Shown: in pieces, positions 19,517-28,022 of the stretch
Position numbering within the stretch: the first letter of the stretch is position 1
Layout of the letters: the number at the start of each line of letters is the position of its first letter
Assembly: GCA_050287085.1 (NCBI GenBank)
Contig: JBNKBE010000028.1
Location: 9,024 to 73,023 of the forward strand
Length of the DNA stretch: 64,000 bases
Direction: 5' to 3'
DNA from: Polyangiaceae bacterium
GTDB lineage: Bacteria; Myxococcota_A; Polyangia; Polyangiales; Polyangiaceae
Made by a program: the position numbers and the translations under genes
Notes under the pieces: generated by a model
Seen by the model: the letters and a program-made list of their open reading frames with translations, nothing else
What the model was told of the DNA's origin: nothing
Databases searched by the model: none

Positions 19517-19896
19517 GGGTCGAAGAATAGCGAAGCGGACGAGGAGAGCAACCCAATTTCTCCACTCTTTGCGAACACCGGAAGCCGAGTGCTCGTCGCC
19601 AGCTTGGCCCGTCAGCGGGGCGGGCCGCGGGAAGGCGTCGGCTGTCATGTGCGTTTGGCGAATACACCACACGCGCACGTACCAGTATCGCCAGCAGAGC
19701 CGGATTCAGGACGTGTTATTGTCCGGTCAGAAAGTGGTGGTCCTAAGTGACCATCAGGCTGGTGGGGGTCCGTTTTTGCTCTCGGTCATCTCGCTTTCGG
19801 GCGCTGCCATCGGATTCGTCCCCCGTGACTGTCTCATGTTGGGTGACCTGAGGGCGCTGTCTTGCACCGCTCCGTCGGGTTAGCTAGGTCTAGTGG

Positions 19897-21072
19897 ATGA
19901 GCCCAGCGGGCAAGCGTCCTGATAACGGCAGTTGCGTGCTATACTCGACAGCGTTGTCTACGGTTGCAGCATGGAAGGGAAGCGCGTCTGTTTCGCTTGT
20001 CGGTGTGTGTGGTCTTCTCCTTGGCGCCTCCTGCACCAGCTATGATCAGCGCTTGCTCGACTTGGCTCGCGCGGAAAAGTCCACCGCTACAAACATGGAG
20101 CGGGACTCCGGAACGGCGTCGGTGGCTGAGGGTATACACGATGGGGCTGTGAGCGATGGGGCTGTGAGCGTTGGGGGTAGCGGCGGCACAGCTGGTGAGG
20201 GGGGCCAAGCGGGCGCAGCGGAGGAAGCTGCGGGCGCCCCGAGCGAAGTGGGGGGCACCTCCGGCGACTCTGGGGCCCCGGACCCACCGTTGTCATCAGT
20301 GGAGACCGACGCTTCAACGCCGATGGCTACTGGCGGCGATTCGGGGGCGGGGGGCGATGAGCCGATCGATGCTGGGCCGACCCCAACACCGGCTCTCCCG
20401 GCGGCGTGCTTGGGTGGCCCCGGTGGCGGGCTGACGATAGGAGACTATTGTGTGACCCAGGCGGCGGCTGACTGCCGCATCACCGATTTTACCACCGGCA
20501 GCTACGACGAAGCCACCGGCGAATGGGGCTACGGGACGGGTCTCGGGGGGACGACGTTCCTCTATCAGGGGTCGGGCACGGCGTTATCCTTGACGCAAGG
20601 ACCGTCCGGACTGAGCGTTACGGGGAGCGTGCTCAGCTACTCTGGTATTGGCTTATCTTTCGACTCCTGCACCGACGCGAGTGCGTTTGAGGGACTGGCT
20701 TTCACGCTGTCGGGCACCGTTGGTGCAGGCGCACGTCTGGTGGTGCAATTGCAAACCGAAGCAAACCACCCCATCAACATGACGGAAGAGCGCGGCGCTT
20801 GCCCGTATTCGACGGAGCAGAATAAGTGGGTCGAGTGTGGCAACAACGCCCTTCGACTTGCGGAATTTGACGTTGTTGCGGAGAGCACTCTCTATCTTCC
20901 GTGGACGTCCTTTCGCGGGGGGCTACCGGACGCGGAGCTTCGTGCCGAGCAGCTCCGGGGCGTTCAGCTACAAGTGGAGTGCGACACCGGCAGAGCGCCG
21001 TGTGTCGTGGATATGTCCATCCGCGATATGCTTTTCTATCGCGGGCACGCTCCAGATGAGACGCTTCCCTAG
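19897..21072 (+). CDS. Hypothetical lipoprotein with low-complexity linker and C-terminal CBM11-like beta-sandwich
   Basis: Lipobox LLGASC-TSYDQRLL, Gly/Ala/Asp/Pro linker, SGIGLSFDSCTDASAFEGLAFTLSG...LPWTSF...MSIRDMLFY; true start probably downstream of 19897. Confidence 0.6.
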   Translation: MSPAGKRPDNGSCVLYSTALSTVAAWKGSASVSLVGVCGLLLGASCTSYDQRLLDLARAEKSTATNMERDSGTASVAEGIHDGAVSDGAVSVGGSGGTAGEGGQAGAAEEAAGAPSEVGGTSGDSGAPDPPLSSVETDASTPMATGGDSGAGGDEPIDAGPTPTPALPAACLGGPGGGLTIGDYCVTQAAADCRITDFTTGSYDEATGEWGYGTGLGGTTFLYQGSGTALSLTQGPSGLSVTGSVLSYSGIGLSFDSCTDASAFEGLAFTLSGTVGAGARLVVQLQTEANHPINMTEERGACPYSTEQNKWVECGNNALRLAEFDVVAESTLYLPWTSFRGGLPDAELRAEQLRGVQLQVECDTGRAPCVVDMSIRDMLFYRGHAPDETLP

Positions 21073-21090
21073 TTCGCCGCTTGCTCGCCC

Positions 21091-21119
21091 TTGACTTGGG
21101 TGTATCCAGTCTGCATTAT
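21091..21119 (+). promoter_or_regulatory. Putative sigma70-type promoter for the 21367 lipoprotein
   Basis: TTGACT-N17-CATTAT. Confidence 0.45.
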
Positions 21120-21366
21120 TCCACCCAGTACAATAGGTGAGTCCAACCCGACGCTGCTAGGCCGGCACTCGATTGAAGCGATTATCGCTGGGTCACCGTT
21201 CCCCTTCTCAGGATCGCTTCTACGAGCCACCAGGGGTCTATCGAGCCCCTGTGTGCCACGGACTCCAATGCCTGGTGGGGCTGAACTTACGAGTACGTCG
21301 TAGCCGCTGGACGGCGGGGGCTCTGGGTGGTATCCCCAACGCAGCGGGGGTCCCTGGAGTCAACAA

Positions 21367-22320
21367 ATGCGATTCAGTGCACGTTGTGCCCAGCTACTAG
21401 GGGTCTTGCTACCCGCCTGCACCGTCTACGATGAGGCATTGCTGGCGGGTGCAGCGCAGGAGTCCGGGAAGTTGCGTGCGTCACCCGCCCATGGCGGCGA
21501 AAGGGCTGACGCCGGGCAGACGGGCGGGGCTGGTTCTGGCCCTGACATGGGGAGCGGGCGCGAGGGGCAGGCCACACGCGACGGCGCAGACGCCTCTGCT
21601 CCAACGGTACCGCTTGGGGATGCGGGGGACGCGGGCGGCTTGATGCCGGCGCCCGTCGATGCAGGGGCCGCTGCCGTGGCCGACGCTGCCGTGGACGACT
21701 CGCTGACCTCGAGGGATGCAGCGCTTGCTGAGCCGCAAGACGCTTCAGCCCCGCGCGACGCGGACGTAGCGCCGGCCGATCAAAGCATGGACTACGACGC
21801 GGCGGGAGATCCACATCCCTACTTAGGGACGTGGGCGTTCGACAAAGACCTTCAAGGGTGGAAGCTGGGTCGCTCGGTGCCGGAAAACTTGAGCGATAGT
21901 AGCTCAATCACCTATTCACCCACGATCGGCTACCCACGGCCGGGAGCCACGTGCGTCGACGTGCCATTTGGTGCCGCTGGCCAATCCATTCAGTTGCGCG
22001 TTGTCTTGCCCGAGCCGCTCCCCACCGGAGCGCGCGTTGTCGCCCAGATCAACCTGCAGGAGCAGGATGGCGTTATTCCTGTGGAGCTTCGCCTGTACGC
22101 TCGCTCAGGCACCAGCGGATACGCCGTGGGGGCACGGCAGCAGCTGACGCTGCTCAACACTTGGGTCCAAGCTAGCCTTTCGTTCGTTTCGCCGTTCAGC
22201 ACCACCGGGGATCAGTTTGTGATCACTGACATTCGAGAGTTGGGGGTCGAACTGTTGACCAACGAGAAGGGAACTGCCAGTCACGTGGTCGTGTGTCTCG
22301 ATACTGTCGTAGTGGACTAA
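21367..22320 (+). CDS. Hypothetical lipoprotein with DAG/DAA-rich linker and C-terminal carbohydrate-binding-like domain
   Basis: GGAG SD; lipobox LLPAC-TVYDEALL; TWAFDKDLQGW...DIRELGVEL...VCLDTVVVD. Confidence 0.65.
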   Translation: MRFSARCAQLLGVLLPACTVYDEALLAGAAQESGKLRASPAHGGERADAGQTGGAGSGPDMGSGREGQATRDGADASAPTVPLGDAGDAGGLMPAPVDAGAAAVADAAVDDSLTSRDAALAEPQDASAPRDADVAPADQSMDYDAAGDPHPYLGTWAFDKDLQGWKLGRSVPENLSDSSSITYSPTIGYPRPGATCVDVPFGAAGQSIQLRVVLPEPLPTGARVVAQINLQEQDGVIPVELRLYARSGTSGYAVGARQQLTLLNTWVQASLSFVSPFSTTGDQFVITDIRELGVELLTNEKGTASHVVVCLDTVVVD

Positions 22321-22413
22321 GGGCTCGCGGACGGCAAAGTGCTGCGGGCTCGTCGCTCTGATCGAGCTCGCCGTGCCCCAGCGGCTTACCATGCTGGTGG
22401 GTGGGACTCTTGC

Positions 22414-22450
22414 CCAGCCCGCCCAGCGCGTCAGGCGCTGGGCGGGCTGG
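22414..22450. terminator. Hairpin between convergent genes (21367 lipoprotein and ahpF)
   Basis: Perfect 16-bp inverted repeat CCAGCCCGCCCAGCGC-GTCAG-GCGCTGGGCGGGCTGG. Confidence 0.55.
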
Positions 22451-22461
22451 ACTGCATTGGC

Positions 22462-24021
22462 TCAGGCGCTGGGCGCGCTGGACCGCATTAGGTGGTCGAA
22501 AGCTCCGAGGGCGGCCTTGGCTCCGTCGCCCGCGGCGATGATGATCTGCTTGTACGGTACGGTCGTAACGTCACCGGCGGCAAACACGCCAGGTGCGGAG
22601 GTTTGTCCCCTCGCGTCCACGACGATCTCTCCGTGTTGGGACAGTTCCACCGTGCCCTTGAGCCACTGCGTGTTCGGCAATAGTCCAATCTGTACGAAAA
22701 TGCCTTCGAGCTCGAGGGCGTGTCCGTCGCCAGATTGTCGATCCGTGTATTCAAGCCCTGTGACCTTGGTGCCGTCGCCCAGGACCTTGGTCGTTTGTGC
22801 CGACTTGATCACGGTGACGTTGCTCAGGCTTTCCAACTTGCGCTGCAGCACGGCGTCGGCCTTGAGCGTGTCTGCGAATTCGAGCACCGTCACGTGGGCC
22901 ACGACGCCCGCAAGATCGATAGCCGCTTCAATGCCTGAGTTGCCTCCGCCAATGACCGCAACACGCTTACCCTTGAACAGCGGACCGTCGCAGTGTGGGC
23001 AGTAGGTGACGCCTCGGGTTCGGTATTCTTGCTCGCCAGGTACGTTCATGTCCCGCCAGCGCGCCCCCGTGGCGACGATCACGCTGCGAGCTGATAGCTT
23101 GGCGCCGCTTTCCAATTCCACGGTGGCGAGGGGGCCGGGGACGAGCTTGCTTACCCGCTCGTGTTTCATCACGTCGACCGGGTACGCGTGCACGTGCGCC
23201 TCTAACGCGGCCGCCAACTTGGGGCCATCGGTTTCGACGATCGAGATGTAGTTCTCGATCGCTAGCGTGTCGAGGATCTGGCCACCGAAACGCTCTGCCA
23301 CGATGCCGGTGTTGATGCCTTTGCGCGCCGCGTAAACAGCGGCGGCTGCGGCGGCGGGCCCTCCGCCGATGATCAACATGTCGAACGGCGGCTTGGCGCT
23401 CAGTTCCTCGGCGCGCCGTTTGACGGCGCCAGTGTCGACTTTGGCTAGTATCTCAGCCAATTCCATTCGTCCTTGGCCGAAGCGCTCCCCGTTGAGGTAG
23501 ATTGTTGGAACCGCCATGACTTGCCGCTCCTCCACCTCTTGGCGAAAGCTTGCGCCGTCGATGGCGGCATGTTCCACGTTGGGGTTAAGCGCGGCCATCA
23601 AGTTGAGCGCCTGCACCACGTCCGGGCAGTTCTGGCAAGACTGCGAGAAGTAAGTCTCGAACTTGAGCGGCCCGGCTAGTCCTCGCACTTGGGCCAAGGT
23701 CTCATCGCTCTCTCGGGGCGGATGGCCTCCGACATGTAGCAGTGCGAGAACCAATGAAGTGAACTCGTGCCCTAGAGGTAGCCCCGCAAAGCGAACCCTA
23801 GGGCTGTCTTCGGGACGGTGGATGGCGAAAGAAGGTGTCCTAACGCCGCTCTCATTGTGTTCGACCAGGCTAACGAGCGGCGAGCTGGCTTCGATTGCTT
23901 CAAGCAGCTCTTTGAGCGATTGGCTGTCCGCCGAATCGTCCAGGGACGCAGATAGCTGGATGGGGTGCTTCAGGCGCTGCAATGCGGCTTGCAGTTGGGC
24001 TTTTACGGAATCGTTGAGCAT
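22462..24021 (-). CDS. ahpF: Alkyl hydroperoxide reductase subunit F
   Basis: [58 protein letters not shown]. Confidence 0.97.
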   Translation of the reverse strand: MLNDSVKAQLQAALQRLKHPIQLSASLDDSADSQSLKELLEAIEASSPLVSLVEHNESGVRTPSFAIHRPEDSPRVRFAGLPLGHEFTSLVLALLHVGGHPPRESDETLAQVRGLAGPLKFETYFSQSCQNCPDVVQALNLMAALNPNVEHAAIDGASFRQEVEERQVMAVPTIYLNGERFGQGRMELAEILAKVDTGAVKRRAEELSAKPPFDMLIIGGGPAAAAAAVYAARKGINTGIVAERFGGQILDTLAIENYISIVETDGPKLAAALEAHVHAYPVDVMKHERVSKLVPGPLATVELESGAKLSARSVIVATGARWRDMNVPGEQEYRTRGVTYCPHCDGPLFKGKRVAVIGGGNSGIEAAIDLAGVVAHVTVLEFADTLKADAVLQRKLESLSNVTVIKSAQTTKVLGDGTKVTGLEYTDRQSGDGHALELEGIFVQIGLLPNTQWLKGTVELSQHGEIVVDARGQTSAPGVFAAGDVTTVPYKQIIIAAGDGAKAALGAFDHLMRSSAPSA

Positions 24022-24191
24022 GGTCGGGCCTCCGAACGAGAGAGTGTACGGGTAGAGTAGGGACGGGCGAGCGTCAGGGAGCGTTCAGCTGCGGACCTTG
24101 GGTACGCGAAACGGGGCCTTGGACGCGGGGGATGACGCTGCCCCGCGGCATGACGACCAGAGGCGTCACACCGCAGGCAGCGACGCGGGAC

Positions 24192-24755
24192 TCAGATCTT
24201 GCCGACGAGATCGAGCGAGGGCTCGAGCGTCTTGTCACCTTCTTGCCACTTGGCGGGGCAAACCTCACCCGGGTGGCTGGCGACATACTGCGCTGCCTTG
24301 ACCTTGCGGAGCAGTTCGCTGGCGTTGCGGCCAATGCCGTTGTCGTGGATTTCACACAGCTTGATCTGACCTTCTGGATTGATCAGGAAGGTACCGCGCA
24401 GAGCCAGTCCTTCTTCTTCGATCAGAACTTCGAAGTTGCGAGCGAGCGTCGCCGTGGGGTCACCCACGAGCGGGTACTTGACCTTGCCGATCGCCGCTGA
24501 CGTGTCGTGCCACGCCTTGTGTGCAAAGTGAGTGTCGGTCGATACGCCGTAGATCTCGACGCCGAGCTTCTTGAACTCTTCGTAGTAGTCGGCGAGGTCT
24601 TCCAGCTCCGTCGGGCATACGAACGTGAAGTCGGCCGGATAGAACACGAATGCGGACCACTTGCCGAGAATGCTCTCGTTGGACACCGGGACGAACTTGC
24701 CCTCGTGGAACGCTGTGGCGTTGAACGGCTTGATGGTGGTGTTGATCAGTGACAT
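24192..24755 (-). CDS. ahpC: Alkyl hydroperoxide reductase subunit C (2-Cys peroxiredoxin)
   Basis: [43 protein letters not shown]. Confidence 0.98.
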   Translation of the reverse strand: MSLINTTIKPFNATAFHEGKFVPVSNESILGKWSAFVFYPADFTFVCPTELEDLADYYEEFKKLGVEIYGVSTDTHFAHKAWHDTSAAIGKVKYPLVGDPTATLARNFEVLIEEEGLALRGTFLINPEGQIKLCEIHDNGIGRNASELLRKVKAAQYVASHPGEVCPAKWQEGDKTLEPSLDLVGKI

Positions 24756-24842
24756 GCGAATTCCTTTTGCTGATTGCGGGGTGAATCTTTCCCCCCAGCG
24801 GGGTTACTGGAGCAACATGCTCCTCGCGAGAGGTTTTTTCCA

Positions 24843-24878
24843 ATCGATGGTTTCAATGGTCTAATCAGTTTTTTTGAT
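24843..24878. promoter_or_regulatory. Putative OxyR binding site between ahpC and oxyR
   Basis: ATCG-N7-CAAT-N6-ATCA-N7-TGAT, an AT-rich island resembling the four-tetranucleotide OxyR box. Confidence 0.55.
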
Positions 24879-25018
24879 TGGGTCACGCGGCGTCACGCTC
24901 CCAATGGGTGATGCGCGATGTCGTTGTGGCCGAGGGGTCGACCGCTTTTCTCCCGGGCAGAGCTCCTCCACTGTTGCTTTGCCCTGGCGCGCGCGAGAGA
25001 CCCCGATACCCTGGTGTC

Positions 25019-25981
25019 ATGGACCTGAGCCAGGTCACTCTAAGCCAGATGCGCTACGCCGTCGCGGTTTCCGCGCATCAGAATTTCAGACTGGCTGCCG
25101 AGCAGTGCCACGTCTCGCAGTCGGGCCTCAGCATGCAGATTCAGAAGCTCGAGGAGCTTCTGGGTGTGCGCCTATTCGACCGTACGAAGAAGCCCGTGCT
25201 GCTCACCCGAGCAGGCGAACGTGCGCTGGTCCAAATGCGGCGGGTGCTGCAGGAGACCGAGCGACTCGGCCAGATGGTCACGGAAGAAGCCGAACCCTCG
25301 GGACGGTTTCGGCTCGGTGTGATTCCGAGCATGGCCTCCACGCTCTTGCCCCTGTTTCTCGGCGATTTTGCCAAGCGTTTCGCGCGGGTGCATCTCCTGA
25401 TCGAGGAGCTCAAGACGGAGGATATCATCACGCGGCTCCTGGCCGACACTTTGGACGCGGGGATCGCGGCGACGCCCCTGTCGGTTCCGGGACTGCAGGA
25501 GGAGGCGCTTGCTGTAGAGCCGATGGTCGCCTATCTGCCGCCGGGGGACCCTTTGCTGGCCAAACAGGCGCTGCGCGAGCGGGACCTGCAAGGGCGGGAA
25601 GTGTGGGTCATGCCGGAGGGGCACTGCTTCCGAACCCAGGTCCTATCCTATTGCAACCCCGCCGTTGAGCGTCAAGACGCCCAGCTCCGCTTCGAAAGCG
25701 GGAGCTTCGAGACCTTGATCCGGCTGGTGGATGGTGGCTTGGGGGCGACGGTATTGCCGGCCCTCGTCGCTCAGCATCTGCCCGCGGCGCGCCGTCGAGC
25801 GCAGGTGCGTCCCCTCACGGCACCAGTTCCGCTCCGGGAAGTGGGGCTCGTCACCGCACGGACAGATCTTCGCCGACAGGTGAACGAAGCGCTGAGCGCA
25901 GTGCTACGCGAGGTTTTGGCCCAGGCGCTGGGAGAGCCTCCCAGGCGGGGGCTAGTGCTCGACCCGATGGCGCGCTCTTAG
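25019..25981 (+). CDS. oxyR: Hydrogen peroxide-inducible genes activator (LysR family)
   Basis: LysR HTH NFRLAAEQCHVSQSGLSMQIQKLEE; redox motif EGHCFRTQVLSYC (both Cys); FESGSFETL; divergent from ahpCF. Confidence 0.92.
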   Translation: MDLSQVTLSQMRYAVAVSAHQNFRLAAEQCHVSQSGLSMQIQKLEELLGVRLFDRTKKPVLLTRAGERALVQMRRVLQETERLGQMVTEEAEPSGRFRLGVIPSMASTLLPLFLGDFAKRFARVHLLIEELKTEDIITRLLADTLDAGIAATPLSVPGLQEEALAVEPMVAYLPPGDPLLAKQALRERDLQGREVWVMPEGHCFRTQVLSYCNPAVERQDAQLRFESGSFETLIRLVDGGLGATVLPALVAQHLPAARRRAQVRPLTAPVPLREVGLVTARTDLRRQVNEALSAVLREVLAQALGEPPRRGLVLDPMARS

Positions 25982-26092
25982 GGCCCGCGGAGGGCTCGTC
26001 CGGCGTAGTATGACCTTTCCCTTCCGAGGGCCCTCGGCGCAGCAGGCACGAATCGCGTTCAATGGAAGCGCCCTGCCACCGTTCCTGGAAGC

Positions 26093-26554
26093 GTGCGACC
26101 GAACCTACTGCTGGTGGCGACCGCTGTGGGACTTCTCGCGTGCGGAACGCGCTCCGACCCCGTGAGCGACGACCTGGGCCATGAACTGCGCGTTGCTCAG
26201 GAGTGCGCTCAGAACCGAGACTGCGACCCCGAGGAGGTGTGTTACGGTCGCATGTGTCTCTACTTCGGGCAGTGTTTGCGCGATTTCCATTGTTCGGCGG
26301 GGCGGAGCTGCGACTCAGAACAACGATGCGTCGCCGCAGCTCCGGGGGCGGCCACCAGGCGGGACGGTGGCACGCAGATTGAGCTTGGCTCTTTTGCGGA
26401 ATGCCGCATCAACGCCGATTGCGCTCCGGACGAGGTATGTGCGTCCGGACTGTGCCGAGCCGGTGTTCAGTGCGAGGAGCACGCCGACTGCGACGTGGGC
26501 AGGGCTTGTGCTTTATCAGAATGTCTGCCGCTCTTCGCCGCACCCGATCTGTGA
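26093..26554 (+). CDS. Small Cys-rich lipoprotein with four short C-x4/5-DC repeats
   Basis: Lipobox LLAC; ECAQNRDC, QCLRDFHC, ECRINADC, QCEEHADC. Confidence 0.7.
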   Translation: MRPNLLLVATAVGLLACGTRSDPVSDDLGHELRVAQECAQNRDCDPEEVCYGRMCLYFGQCLRDFHCSAGRSCDSEQRCVAAAPGAATRRDGGTQIELGSFAECRINADCAPDEVCASGLCRAGVQCEEHADCDVGRACALSECLPLFAAPDL

Positions 26555-26838
26555 CATCCCATGACCACACGTCCAACGCGTGTTCATGGGATGCGGCATA
26601 TTTTATGCCTTGCCAGAAGCCAGCCACTCAGGCGTATGCGCGGCGCACGAGCCCAAAGTGGTTCCGGCGCCGCGTCTCCTCGCAAAACCTCGTCACCACG
26701 GGCCGCGGAGATCTGTTAGCCTCTTTTTCGCATGCGCCGCCCGCCGTTGTCGGGCTCTGGGGGGGCCACCGGTGAAAACTTCGCGCTGCTCGTGATCGGG
26801 GTGATTCAGGTGAACGATCGGGCACCTCGCTCGCAGAC

Positions 26839-26856
26839 CACTATTGGGTAATAGTG
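26839..26856. promoter_or_regulatory. Palindromic operator candidate upstream of the 26942 gene
   Basis: CACTATT-GGGT-AATAGTG perfect 7-bp inverted repeat in an AT-richer intergenic stretch. Confidence 0.35.
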
Positions 26857-26941
26857 AGTTTCGAGCCATGAGTCCCCTCCACACAATAGTTTGTTGCTTC
26901 GCCGCGTCAGGCAGGTGCTGGTTGCTTCCCCGGAGGCGGCC

Positions 26942-27949
26942 ATGAATGTAAAGCTGCTGATCGATAGCATCATGCGTCAAACGACCGTGCTGATCGCGGA
27001 GCTTTCCACGAGTGCCGGAGTGAGAGCTCCCTTGGCGCATATCGCCGATCAGGTGTTCTTGTCTTTGTCGCGTGAAATCGAGGCCCAAGGGGTGGCTCGC
27101 AAGGTCGTGGCGGACATGTTTGGGCTGGCCCTGCGGGGCTATCAGAAGAAGACGCAACGTCTTGCGCAGAGCGCCAGCACCCAAGGCAAGACCTTGTTCG
27201 AAGCGGTTCTGGAATTCATCGAGGCCGAGGGTGGAAGCACGCGCCAGGCCATACTCAAGCGTTTCCACTACGACGGCGAGCGAGAGACCATTGGGGTGCT
27301 CTCCGATCTTGTTCACAGTGGCTTGGCCTATACGTCCGGCTCCGGGGATTCGGCGCTCTACGGCATTACCTCCGATGCTGAACGACAACGCTTGACGCGC
27401 CACAGCGACGAGCTTGCAGTGGCGAGTATGGCCCTCGGCGAAATCTACCGCAATCCGGGGGTGACGTCCGAGGCGCTCGCTGCTCAGTTGAATATTGAGC
27501 CGACCACGCTGGAGTCAGCGCTCGCAACTCTCGCGAGTGACGGACGCATTTGCTCCGACGCGAGCACCGGTGCGCTTCGTGCCAGCACTTTTCAGCTGCC
27601 GCCCAACGCTGAAGCGGGTTGGGAGAGCGCCGTCTTCGATCACTTTCAAGCGATGTCCCAGGGCATTGCGAGCAAACTACGTCTTCGGGCGCGGGCGAGC
27701 CGTGCTGCGGATTGGGTGGGGGGTGCTACGCTGCGATTTGAGCTGCACCCGGCTCATCCCATGAAGGGCGAGGTACTCGCCTTGCTGGAACAGACCAGGC
27801 AGCGCACCCAAGCGCTTTGGGAGCGAGTGGGGCGGTACAACGACGCGCATCCCATGCGCGACAATGAGCGCTCCACGGTATCCTTCTATTTTGGTCAGAA
27901 TCTTGATGACGAGACTCTGCTCGAAGAGCCCGAGCAGGGTCACCACTAG
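26942..27949 (+). CDS. Conserved hypothetical protein with several predicted HTH/wHTH segments (putative DNA-binding regulator)
   Basis: ATG after GGAGG; VARKVVADMFGLALRGYQKK, GGSTRQAILKRF...VLSDLVHSGL, NPGVTSEALAAQLNIEPTTLESALATLASDGRI; C-terminal alpha/beta domain ending VSFYFGQN. Confidence 0.7.
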   Translation: MNVKLLIDSIMRQTTVLIAELSTSAGVRAPLAHIADQVFLSLSREIEAQGVARKVVADMFGLALRGYQKKTQRLAQSASTQGKTLFEAVLEFIEAEGGSTRQAILKRFHYDGERETIGVLSDLVHSGLAYTSGSGDSALYGITSDAERQRLTRHSDELAVASMALGEIYRNPGVTSEALAAQLNIEPTTLESALATLASDGRICSDASTGALRASTFQLPPNAEAGWESAVFDHFQAMSQGIASKLRLRARASRAADWVGGATLRFELHPAHPMKGEVLALLEQTRQRTQALWERVGRYNDAHPMRDNERSTVSFYFGQNLDDETLLEEPEQGHH

Positions 27950-28022
27950 ACCCTTCACCAAACTCGTTCGCGCGGCGCGGCTATCGACTAGACAGGGCGT
28001 GGCCCCAGCATAGAGACAGGCA

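Noticed and set aside
19400..19678. 92-aa ORF as a conventional protein gene
   Set aside because: Only the distal 38 codons are supported (as a leader peptide); the upstream part has no SD or protein-like features
22373..23005. 210-aa plus-strand ORF
   Set aside because: Antisense to ahpF; typical shadow ORF in high-GC DNA
24878..25018. Extended N-terminus of oxyR and the parallel 264-aa ORF 24874-25668
   Set aside because: The LysR HTH starts just after ATG 25019; the other ORF is an off-frame GC-rich artefact
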